A stretch of DNA of 64,000 bases from an uncultured bacterium (GTDB taxonomy: Bacteria > Patescibacteriota > Minisyncoccia > UBA6257 > 2-01-FULL-56-20), in the NCBI GenBank assembly GCA_963696395.1, contig CAVOJZ010000002.1, forward strand, positions 848,619 through 912,618, written 5' to 3'. Position numbers and translations under genes: made by a program. The notes under the pieces are model-generated. The model saw nothing but the letters and a program-made list of their open reading frames with translations, ran no database searches and was not told where the DNA came from. Below, in pieces: positions 47,101-55,573 of this stretch; within the stretch, counting starts at the first letter, position 1; every line of letters starts with the position of its first letter.

Positions 47101-50100
47101 CGTGAGCGAATTGAATGGCACCTCATCCAATCCGGGCCTGGTTCAATTCCAATTTTCCGCTCTTGATCCTGATGCAGATAGTGATGGTGCCTCCGGTGGG
47201 CACGCCACGTCTACGGTCACGCCAAGCTATCAATATTCGCTGAATGGCGGCGCAACATGGAATACGATGAACACGTTTATCACGCCAAATGCGACATCGG
47301 ATATTGTCATGGCAACAAACACATATTCACCGACGTCCACTATTGTTTGGAACGCGGCGGCTGACGTGGGATCTCAATATACCGGCAATGCAGAAATCGC
47401 GGTCACGTTAAATGACCACCAGTTGGCAAACAATACGGCAACGGCGACGAGCACGGCCTTCGTGCTCGATACAAAAGCTCCCGTTATTAATTCGCTGACC
47501 ATGGATGCGAGTCAGGGGACGATTAACTATAATTTCGCGGATAATTCAAGTTTTTCGTATCGATTGTCGGCATCTCCATTCGCGACGTCCACGCCGACGT
47601 CGTCACTGCCCTTCGTCGCAGTTAACGGAAATGCGACGAGTGTTTCAAATTATGCATTCAATTTCATTGCAACAAGCAGTCCGGTGATATCCATTGAAGT
47701 CGAAGACATCTATGGAAATGATGCGTATCAAACGTTTACCGGTCCCGTCGAACCGACAGGGCTTGCTGTTAAGGACATTTCGAACCGGCAGACAGGGGTT
47801 TTCGGCGTTTATCTTTCTTGGGCAACGAGCACTATTGGAAGTTTCAAACAGTACGATATTTTCCGTTCCACGGGTGGTTCTTTTTCGCAAATTGCGACCA
47901 ACGTCAGTGTGGGTAGTACAACCTACGCCGATTACGGACTTTCGTCGTCGACGGCCTATTACTATAAAATCAGGGTAGAGGATACCAACGGCAATATTTC
48001 TGCGTTTACGCCACAATTTTTTATCACGCCGACCGGAAGTGGCGGTGGTCCGGCGATTTCATCCGTGTCGGCTAATCCGGGCGACACAAACGCAATCGTT
48101 AACTGGAATACGAATATTTTACCTGCGTCATCGTACGTGTATTATTCAACATCGCCGGTGATGGCCGCGCCCGTTTCGATTGTTGCCGCTGTCGCAACAT
48201 CAGGGCCGCCATTTGTGAATACCGCGAATCTCATCAATCTTACGCCGTCATCAACATACTATTACTATGTGCAGTCAACCGATTCTCAAGGAAATACCAC
48301 AATCGATAATAACAGTGGAAATTATTATTCATTCAAAGCCACTAACTCTCAGCCGCCTGTCATCAGCAATATCCAGATTACACCAACGCAGAACGCAGCC
48401 GACATTCGTTGGCAGACCAGCAAACCCAGCAATTCGGCGGTTTATTTTGGGACTTCTTCCGGGCAGGAAACAACCTCGGTTAGCAGTACTGTTTCTTTAA
48501 CTACGACACCGGAAGTTTTGTTAACCGGTCTCCAGGCGTCCACCACTTACTACTATTACCTTTATTCCGCCGATTCGTTGAACCATGTGGCAACAACCAC
48601 CGAATCGTTCTTCTCGACCTCGCAATTCGCGCCGATCATTTCCGGTGTGACGAATGCTGCTGTGACAACAAGTACGGTCACAGTCACTTGGACAACCGAC
48701 AAATCTTCAAATTCGTTCATCTTTTATTCTGCGACAACAACGCCGAGTTCTTTTGTTGGCGTTGCGGGCAATAGCACAACCACAGCTCATACGGTGACGG
48801 CTACCGGTCTTACGCCGACCACCACCTACTATTATTACGTGCAGTCGACGGATCCGTCGGGCGACATCGGCACCGACAACAATAACGGCATGTATTATAC
48901 GGTCAAGACCGCGCTCGACACTTCACCGCCCACAATTTCCGGAATTCAGACCCCGTCCCTTGGCCAGACGGTGGCAACGGTGACCTGGGATACCAACAAG
49001 CCGGCAAGCTCGCAGGTCTTTTACGGCACCTCGAGCGTGGCTTATGCATTTTCGTCGCCGATGGACGGAACGCTTCTTACGGCGCATTCTGTGTCTTTGA
49101 GTAACTTGGCGGCTGCGACGCCATACTACTTTATGGTGCGTTCAACGGATCAGTACGGCAATAGCGCAACATCAACCCAGCAAACATTCACAACCCTCAC
49201 GTTGCCCGGCCCGCAGATTACGAGTGTCACCGTGGCTTCAACTTCCGACTTTGGCGCCACGGTTGCATGGACGACAAATACCAATTCCGATTCTCACGTT
49301 TATTACTCCACGAGCACGAACTCTTTTGCCAATTCCGCCGGTAGCGCTCAGCTCGTCGGGGGAATAGCTCCCTTCGCACATTCGGTATCGCTTACCGGCT
49401 TAACGCCTTCGACCACCTACTATTTCTACGTTCAGTCAACGGATGTGAACAATAATACGTCGATTGATAAAAATGGCGGCGTCTATTATTCACTCGCGAC
49501 CACTAATAACGCAAATCCGACCATTTCAAATATCGCGGCATCCTCGCTTACGGCTTCTTCGTCGATTATCACCTGGTCGACCGACAAATTATCCAACTCG
49601 CAGGTTCTCTACGGAACCACATCCGGAAGCTATCCGTCGTCAACGATCATCCAGGATAATAATCCCCGCGTCACCGCGCACTCGGTGGCGATAACCGGAC
49701 TTGCGGCAAATACGGAATATTACTACGTCGTTCGATCGACAGATTCCGCCGGCAATTCCTCCCAATCTGCCGAACAAAACTTTACAACCGTAACGCCGGC
49801 CGGCCCGCAGATTTCTTCCGTTGTTGCGGCATCCACGAGCGACTTCGGCGCGACGATAACCTGGATTACGAACACCAATTCGGATTCTCATGTCTATTAT
49901 TCAGATAGTACGTCAACCTTTACGCTTTCCTCGGGTAGTGGGAGTTTGGTCGGCGGCACGCCGCCGTATCAGCATTCGGTAACGATATCCGGACTCTCGC
50001 CTTCGAGCACCTATTACTTCTATGTCCAATCGGTTGATGCCTATAACAATTCTTCAATCGATAAGAATGGGGGATCCTATTATTCATTCTTCACGACGAA

Positions 50101-53100
50101 TGCGCAAAACCCGGTCATTTCCGGAGTTGCCGTAGTGGTTGAAAGCCAGACGACTGCCGGCATCACCTGGTCGACCGACAAATTATCCAACTCGCAGGTT
50201 CTCTACGGAACCACGTCCGGAAGCTATCCGTCGTCAAGCGCAATATTCGACCAGTCATATGTGACGACGCCGCACACGGTGGCGCTTTCAGGGTTAGCCG
50301 CGAACACAACGTACTACTTCGTCGCTCGTTCGGTTGACGACGTCGGGAACGCCGGCACCTCAACTCAGTCCACGTTTCAAACATTGCCGCCGACAGCACC
50401 TCAGATTTCAGGAATAAGTTCAACGACTTCCGATTTCGCCGCAACCGTCACGTGGTTGACGAACAGCGCCGCGGATTCCAAGGTGTACTACGGAACATCC
50501 AGTTCATCTCTCACGCTTCTTGCGGCAAGTTCGTCGCTCGTTACATCGCATTCTGTTCCAATTGCCGGCCTTGCACCCGGGACGAATTATTACTTCTATG
50601 TGCAGTCAACGGATGCGAGCAACAACACGACGATCGATAATAATCTCGGGGCGTACTATCCGTTTACAACCACGCATAGTCAGTTGCCGCTAATATCCGG
50701 GGTCAGTTCAAACGCGGTTACAACCACGAGCACTCTCGTAACCTGGAGCACAAATACGTCCGCAAATTCAGCCGTGTATTTTGCCACATCAACCGCCGGC
50801 GTGCTGGGATCGACGCCGATCGTAAATAGCTCATTGCTCACCAGCCATAGCATGCAGCTCACGAGCCTCATGCCGGGTACCCAATATTATTATGCCGTTC
50901 AATCGACTGATGGATTTGGAAATACAGCAACCGATACCAGTGGCGGCGCTTACTATTCGCTCACGACACTTCCGGCGGCAACGTTAATCACGGGTGTCGC
51001 GGCAACGTCAACGCCAACCTCGTTTATCGCTCAATGGACCACAAGCATTCCGGCGACTTCATATGTTTATTATTCCACGGCCACTTCGACCATCGGAACC
51101 GGAACTTCGGTCGGCAATGACACCCAAACAACCTCGCATTCGATAACGGTTCCGAATCTTACCGCGAGCACAACGTATTACTTCTACGTGAAGTCAACCG
51201 ATGCAAACGGCAATACGGCAACCGATACCAATGGCGGCTCGTATTATGCGGTCACCACGCTTCCCGGAATCGCCATTTCGAACGTCGCGGCGGCTCCGGC
51301 GGACACAAGCGTTTCTATTACATGGGACACGCAGGTTTCCGCCGATTCGTTCGTTTTTTACGGCACCGCCACCTCATCTCTCAATACTTCATTTGGAAGC
51401 TCAACGCTTGTTGGCGGGGTTGCGCCGTTCGCGCACTCGGTGCTTGTGACCGGCCTTACCCCTTCGACAACGTATTACTTTTATGTTCAATCAACTGATG
51501 CGAACGGCAACATCATGGTTGATAACAATAACGGAAATTATTACACGTTCACCACGACGTTTTCACAGCCTCCGGTTTTGAGCAATATCAATGTTTCCTA
51601 TCTCACCGGCGATACTGCGGCCATTTCGTGGACGACGGACAAACTGACGAATTCAGAAGTGGATTACGGGATCGCGAGCGGACAGGAAACCTCAAGCACT
51701 GCGTCATCGTCGCTTGCGACGAGCCATCAGATCTTCATTACCGGTCTTGCACCGCAGACAACGTATTATTACGTGGTCAGTTCTGTCGACGCGGAGGGGA
51801 ATGCCGCATCATCAACCGAGCTCACCTTTACAACGCAGACGCCGGTCTTCTCGAACGTAACAACGACCTATGCGGGAGACACGTCGGCAATCATTGCGTG
51901 GCAAACGACCATGGACTCCAACTCGTATGTCCATTACTTTGATCCGGCAGCCGGCGGGTCGTTGGCGATCGGTGTTGGAACGTCAACATTCGTTGGAGGG
52001 TCGGCTCCATTCCAGCACTCCATAGAAATTGACGGTTTGAATCCGGGAACAACCTATGAATATTATCTTGAATCAGACGACGCGAACGGCATTACTCATG
52101 TGGATGACAATTATAAGAATTACTACACCTTCGCAACCACCGACCATAGGCCACCGGTAATTACCGATATCCAAACGCCGATCATAAACCAGAGCTCGGC
52201 CATCATAACCTGGGCTACCGATAAGCTTTCGACAAGCCAGATAAATTGGGGCACCGCCTCCGGTGTTTACGGAACAAGCACGACGGTTGATCCGACGCTT
52301 ACGATTTATCACGCCGTCCCCCTCATGAATCTTGCGGCGTCAACCACCTATTATTTCCAGGCTGTTTCACAGACGAGCATCGGTAGCCAGGCGGTCTCGG
52401 GAGATAATTCGTTTTCAACGGAATCCGTTAATCAACCCATCATTGAAGGTTCCGGCGGTGGCATAATATATATTTATCCAGCTGTCGATACTACGCCGCC
52501 AGTCATCTCAGGCGTAACTGCGACAACGACGCCCTTTGACGCCACAATAAGTTTTTCGACCGATAAGCCGGCAATCGGTTTCGTGGAATATGGTTCGTCA
52601 ACGGACTATGCGTATGGCGCTGCCGACGGCGCTTTTAATGCCAGCCATACCATTCTGGCAAAAGGACTCGTAATGGGAACAACCTATCACTTCTATGTAA
52701 AAGCGATCGATAAATCGGGTAATGTGGCAACGACGACGGATCAAACGTTTACGACGCAATATCTAACAGAGGCATCCTTGTCGCAGACGACCACATTCGA
52801 AAATGCCTATCAATTTCAGCAGGAAATTGAGAATAGCATCGCATCGGCATTGCCAAGCCTTGTCCCGCCTTTCCTCGGTACGCCGATTATCAGCAGTACA
52901 ACGGAAAATAGTGCCACCATCAGCTGGACGACCAATATCAATTCGTATTCAATCGTTTACTATGCGGCGGACAGCGATTATAATAGTACGGCGAAAAATC
53001 CATATACATCTCAAACTTCGGACGTGAATACAAAAACAACCACTCACTCACTCACCCTGACCGGTCTTCAGCCGAACACGCTCTATCACGTTATGGCAGA

Positions 53101-53827
53101 GTCTTTCAGCATTCCTGGAGTTTTTGGCAAGAGTGGAGATATCACCTTTACGACAGCCGCTTCAAAAGTAACGGCCCAGGTGAGTGATATCACGCCCGCA
53201 AGCTTCCGCATTTCGTGGACGACTGACGAACCAACCAATTCTGTGGTTCAATATAAAGATATGACAACCGGTCTCACCCAGACGATTACCGATGACACGA
53301 TGACGACACTTCATGCCGTGGATGTTCCGAATCTCGAATCAGCCAGGACGTATGAGGTTTCCGCCTCCGGTTTTACCGCCTCCGGAAATTCGGTGCCGGC
53401 GGAAAATCTGATAACCGTGCGAACCACAAAAGATGTGACGCCGCCGAAGATCGCTAATATCAAAATCCAGACGATCATCGATCCTCAATCACCGAATGTT
53501 GCACAGGCGCTGGTTGGCTGGACAACCGATAAGCCGGCAAACTCCACGGTTCGCTACGACGCAGGAGTGGGAGGAGCAACGTCAACTTTCTCGCACACCC
53601 TTCAGGATCTTACGAGCTACACCATGAGCCACGTCATTGTGGTGCCAAATCTTGCGCCGGGATCGATCTATCGTATCCAGATTTCCTCCACGGATGAGGC
53701 AAGCAATACCACGACGTTCCCGACGCAAACCATCGTGGTCTCGCAGCAATCACAGTCGATTCTGGATGTTATCCTCAACAATTTCGAAAACACATTCCAG
53801 TTCCTGCAAAACGTCCAACAACCCTAA
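44156..53827 (+). CDS. giant secreted/surface protein (3,223 aa): signal anchor, two tandem glycine-rich domains, a DUF4082-like module and more than 20 fibronectin-III / purple-acid-phosphatase-N-like repeats
   Basis: Single ORF with an N-terminal hydrophobic anchor. Two duplicated Gly-rich domains (YSYTGATSTFTVPTGVTSITIHAVGA...VTPGQ.YYIVVGG). IGTQFNTSQNGSITAIQFYKD fits DUF4082. A repeated module of about 95 aa (TW.T...S.S.VYY.TS...HSV.LTGL.P.TTYYFYVQSTD..GN) recurs along the C-terminal two-thirds. Confidence 0.9.
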   Translation: MKRRRGFQKTISIGVAIFSVLIFLATNFDVANALTYTFSQSNWSGGVNGGTLQSPTTSSTQYASVSNVIAGTNTITLATSSLSITQTSDADFNAGTFASTTETGVAASGSVILVAAPAATTTLVYSYTGATSTFTVPTGVTSITIHAVGAGGENGYASGGAGGSSTGTLAVTPGQIFYIVVGGTGVASSSGNYIGGYGGGGSGFGGAGDGGGGGMTWFGASSTIGTSTSTSQVILVAGGGGGSGENSLYSGAAGGGSSGAAAGTGGGGGTQVAGGAAGAGGGDSAGSFGQGGNSPPAAGQGGGGGGGYFGGGGGSCNSGCSNSAGGGGSGFIKNTLTNATTTLGTGAASSTNGSLTITYGPARVTSYSYTGATSTFTVPTGVTSITIHAVGATVAASASEGGASTGTLAVTPGQTYYIVVGGQNSGANGGYGGGGTGAINGGAGMTWFGASSTIGTSTSTSQVILVAGGGGSDGVGGGANGGSEGSGGGGGGGTQLAGGAGGIDESDGNPGSFGRGGSESGNGGGDGGGGGYFGGGQGGYYEDGGTSDAGGGGSGFIKNTLTNATTTQGIIGPSGNGSLSVTDIPPGLYVASGTFVSSAINATNFSWGTISWVNSGSASTTITMQARSAATSAGLSAKAWGSCAAITSGGLLTSGNCVTNGDSYIQYQATLSTASSTQSPSLDSVTMTYVGYVASGTLVSQPFNTGDPTDAIGELDWTEATSTGAGVTVSLRSASTSAGLSSASWQNFTDQTPGATNVAVTSSIYTHTTQGEQTNDGSNCNDEIGTQFNTSQNGSITAIQFYKDPNDTITHIGNIWDASTTALLASTTFINESASGWQTQNLASPLSVTAGKQYIVSYGSKVCPSTASGVLPLTNGPLTLPVSAHAYYAGLNKLDAFPNTHEINGIYDLTDVVFSYQVASNVTVPNAVIPSALESNSQYWQYMVTESSTGASTPTVSNVTVKYVINAPPQFNTAIGGGTGVAVSELNGTSSNPGLVQFQFSALDPDADSDGASGGHATSTVTPSYQYSLNGGATWNTMNTFITPNATSDIVMATNTYSPTSTIVWNAAADVGSQYTGNAEIAVTLNDHQLANNTATATSTAFVLDTKAPVINSLTMDASQGTINYNFADNSSFSYRLSASPFATSTPTSSLPFVAVNGNATSVSNYAFNFIATSSPVISIEVEDIYGNDAYQTFTGPVEPTGLAVKDISNRQTGVFGVYLSWATSTIGSFKQYDIFRSTGGSFSQIATNVSVGSTTYADYGLSSSTAYYYKIRVEDTNGNISAFTPQFFITPTGSGGGPAISSVSANPGDTNAIVNWNTNILPASSYVYYSTSPVMAAPVSIVAAVATSGPPFVNTANLINLTPSSTYYYYVQSTDSQGNTTIDNNSGNYYSFKATNSQPPVISNIQITPTQNAADIRWQTSKPSNSAVYFGTSSGQETTSVSSTVSLTTTPEVLLTGLQASTTYYYYLYSADSLNHVATTTESFFSTSQFAPIISGVTNAAVTTSTVTVTWTTDKSSNSFIFYSATTTPSSFVGVAGNSTTTAHTVTATGLTPTTTYYYYVQSTDPSGDIGTDNNNGMYYTVKTALDTSPPTISGIQTPSLGQTVATVTWDTNKPASSQVFYGTSSVAYAFSSPMDGTLLTAHSVSLSNLAAATPYYFMVRSTDQYGNSATSTQQTFTTLTLPGPQITSVTVASTSDFGATVAWTTNTNSDSHVYYSTSTNSFANSAGSAQLVGGIAPFAHSVSLTGLTPSTTYYFYVQSTDVNNNTSIDKNGGVYYSLATTNNANPTISNIAASSLTASSSIITWSTDKLSNSQVLYGTTSGSYPSSTIIQDNNPRVTAHSVAITGLAANTEYYYVVRSTDSAGNSSQSAEQNFTTVTPAGPQISSVVAASTSDFGATITWITNTNSDSHVYYSDSTSTFTLSSGSGSLVGGTPPYQHSVTISGLSPSSTYYFYVQSVDAYNNSSIDKNGGSYYSFFTTNAQNPVISGVAVVVESQTTAGITWSTDKLSNSQVLYGTTSGSYPSSSAIFDQSYVTTPHTVALSGLAANTTYYFVARSVDDVGNAGTSTQSTFQTLPPTAPQISGISSTTSDFAATVTWLTNSAADSKVYYGTSSSSLTLLAASSSLVTSHSVPIAGLAPGTNYYFYVQSTDASNNTTIDNNLGAYYPFTTTHSQLPLISGVSSNAVTTTSTLVTWSTNTSANSAVYFATSTAGVLGSTPIVNSSLLTSHSMQLTSLMPGTQYYYAVQSTDGFGNTATDTSGGAYYSLTTLPAATLITGVAATSTPTSFIAQWTTSIPATSYVYYSTATSTIGTGTSVGNDTQTTSHSITVPNLTASTTYYFYVKSTDANGNTATDTNGGSYYAVTTLPGIAISNVAAAPADTSVSITWDTQVSADSFVFYGTATSSLNTSFGSSTLVGGVAPFAHSVLVTGLTPSTTYYFYVQSTDANGNIMVDNNNGNYYTFTTTFSQPPVLSNINVSYLTGDTAAISWTTDKLTNSEVDYGIASGQETSSTASSSLATSHQIFITGLAPQTTYYYVVSSVDAEGNAASSTELTFTTQTPVFSNVTTTYAGDTSAIIAWQTTMDSNSYVHYFDPAAGGSLAIGVGTSTFVGGSAPFQHSIEIDGLNPGTTYEYYLESDDANGITHVDDNYKNYYTFATTDHRPPVITDIQTPIINQSSAIITWATDKLSTSQINWGTASGVYGTSTTVDPTLTIYHAVPLMNLAASTTYYFQAVSQTSIGSQAVSGDNSFSTESVNQPIIEGSGGGIIYIYPAVDTTPPVISGVTATTTPFDATISFSTDKPAIGFVEYGSSTDYAYGAADGAFNASHTILAKGLVMGTTYHFYVKAIDKSGNVATTTDQTFTTQYLTEASLSQTTTFENAYQFQQEIENSIASALPSLVPPFLGTPIISSTTENSATISWTTNINSYSIVYYAADSDYNSTAKNPYTSQTSDVNTKTTTHSLTLTGLQPNTLYHVMAESFSIPGVFGKSGDITFTTAASKVTAQVSDITPASFRISWTTDEPTNSVVQYKDMTTGLTQTITDDTMTTLHAVDVPNLESARTYEVSASGFTASGNSVPAENLITVRTTKDVTPPKIANIKIQTIIDPQSPNVAQALVGWTTDKPANSTVRYDAGVGGATSTFSHTLQDLTSYTMSHVIVVPNLAPGSIYRIQISSTDEASNTTTFPTQTIVVSQQSQSILDVILNNFENTFQFLQNVQQP

Positions 53828-54267
53828 TGCCGAATGCAAAACTCAAAGTATTACTCGTTGACGACGATGAGATAATCAGGATTTACTTCCACGATATTTT
53901 TTGGATCTACGGCTTTGAAAGCCGATGCGATCTCGCGATTGCGGCAAACCTCGACGATGCTGATCGAATAGTAATGGATCCGGCAACCCGCCCGGATGTT
54001 ATTTTCCTTGACCTCGCTCTTCCAAAGAAAGTCGGGGAGAGAACGCTTATCGATCCGAAGTACAGCTTCGAATTTTTGGAAAAAATAAAAAAAGATCCGG
54101 AACTGCATAAGATAAAGGTAATGATTTTTTCTGGCCACTCGGAAAAAGAATACGTAGATGAGGCAAAAGCACGCGGTGCGGATGGTTACATCCATAAAGA
54201 ACAAAGCCTCCCCAAGGATCTTATAGCCACCATCAATAGTGTTATCAACGGTATCAAAAAATCATGA
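53827..54267 (+). CDS. stand-alone response-regulator receiver (CheY-like) domain protein
   Basis: LLVDDD acidic pocket, phospho-acceptor Asp in IFLDLALP, Ser in IFSGHS and Lys in YIHKE. Its ATG shares a base with the giant's stop codon. Confidence 0.8.
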   Translation: MPNAKLKVLLVDDDEIIRIYFHDIFWIYGFESRCDLAIAANLDDADRIVMDPATRPDVIFLDLALPKKVGERTLIDPKYSFEFLEKIKKDPELHKIKVMIFSGHSEKEYVDEAKARGADGYIHKEQSLPKDLIATINSVINGIKKS

Positions 54268-55568
54268 CCGAGCCGATTATCAAGCTGGAAAATGTGAATT
54301 TCTGGTACGATCGCGGGAAGCCGAACGAATACCACGCCTTGAAAGATGTTTCGTGTGAAATTTATCCCGGGGAGTATGCCGCTTTTTTTGGCTCGTCCGG
54401 CTCCGGCAAAACAACACTTCTTTATCTCATAGCAGGCATCGAACAGGGTCAGGAGGGCAAGATTATGATAAACGGGCGCGATATTTCGACCTTCACCAAG
54501 CAGGAACTTGCGATTTACCGCCAGATTGGCGTCGGCATGGTGTTCCAGCAATTCAACCTCATTCCATCGCTTACCGTTGTCCAGAATGTTATTTTGCCGA
54601 TGTCGTTTCTTGGTGCTGCGGAAAGCCGTGCCAAGAAAGAGGCGATGGAGCTTTTGAAGCGGGTCGGCATTGACCATCTTGCGGATCGTTACCCGAGTGA
54701 ATTATCGGGCGGCCAACAGCAGCGTGTCGGTATTGTCCGGGCGCTCGCCAATAACCCGCCGATTATTGTTGCCGACGAACCGCTTGGAAATCTCGACTCC
54801 ACAAACGCAGAAACCGTACTTCAATTCCTGAAAGAGTTGAACGAAAAAGATGGCCGGACCGTAATCATGGTTACTCACGAGGCCTGGAGTCTTCGCGATG
54901 CCAAGAAGGTTTTCTATATCAAAGACGGCGCTGTCACAAAGGAAGCTGCGGGCGATCCCAAAAAGGTCAGCGAAACGCTCTCACGAAGGATGTATGGTAA
55001 GCTTGCTCCCGAGCTGTCACAGAATCAGCTTACGGCGCACACTTTTTCAAATCTTTTTTTGCGCGGGTATTCCGATCCGGAACTTAAGCGCTTTGAATTT
55101 TTCCTGAACCAGCGCTTGGATAGTAAAATCGAACCCGATGTTTTTGCGATGGTTCTGCACCGGCCGTGGCGCGAAGGGGGACTAGGTTTGTGGAAACAAA
55201 AAGCGGCGCGGGTTGCGACGTGGGTTGAAGACGTGATCGAAAAGCGCCGCGAAGTGAGTGATGTATATAAAGAGCTGGAGCTCCACCCCGAATCGCCTCT
55301 GCGCGACGATGTCGAAAAATTGAAGGCGTGGCTTTTGGGAGAATATTCGGGAAAAGTTTCGGAATTACAAAATGACCAGTTAACGGAACTCGTAAATGAG
55401 CGGATAAGAGGGATCATAACGCCCGAGAACCTGTTTTCAATTTTGAGTTTGCCGCGCAGTAAATCCGGGCTGGGCTTTTCAACGCGAACCGCGAGGCGCA
55501 TCGATGAAAAGTTGGAATTTATTTTAAAGGAAGGCCATCCGGATGTGTCATCATTTTCCACCGTATAA
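54264..55568 (+). CDS. MacB/FtsE/LolD-type ABC ATPase with an approximately 200-aa C-terminal extension containing internal tandem repeats
   Basis: Walker A GSSGSGKTT, signature LSGGQQQR and Walker B IIVADEP. The extension carries two similar repeats of about 85 aa (LSQNQLTAHTFSNLF... and LQNDQLTELVNERIRG...). ATGA overlap with the REC gene. Confidence 0.9.
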   Translation: MTEPIIKLENVNFWYDRGKPNEYHALKDVSCEIYPGEYAAFFGSSGSGKTTLLYLIAGIEQGQEGKIMINGRDISTFTKQELAIYRQIGVGMVFQQFNLIPSLTVVQNVILPMSFLGAAESRAKKEAMELLKRVGIDHLADRYPSELSGGQQQRVGIVRALANNPPIIVADEPLGNLDSTNAETVLQFLKELNEKDGRTVIMVTHEAWSLRDAKKVFYIKDGAVTKEAAGDPKKVSETLSRRMYGKLAPELSQNQLTAHTFSNLFLRGYSDPELKRFEFFLNQRLDSKIEPDVFAMVLHRPWREGGLGLWKQKAARVATWVEDVIEKRREVSDVYKELELHPESPLRDDVEKLKAWLLGEYSGKVSELQNDQLTELVNERIRGIITPENLFSILSLPRSKSGLGFSTRTARRIDEKLEFILKEGHPDVSSFSTV

Positions 55569-55573
55569 AACCC

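Noticed and set aside
44260-53000. Numerous ORFs of 60-125 aa on other frames and strands inside the giant gene (for example 47645..48016 -, 49640..49891 -, 45543..45794 -)
   Set aside because: They are Arg/His-rich low-complexity translations of the repetitive, GC-biased antisense of a single 9.7-kb ORF, with no RBS or domains.
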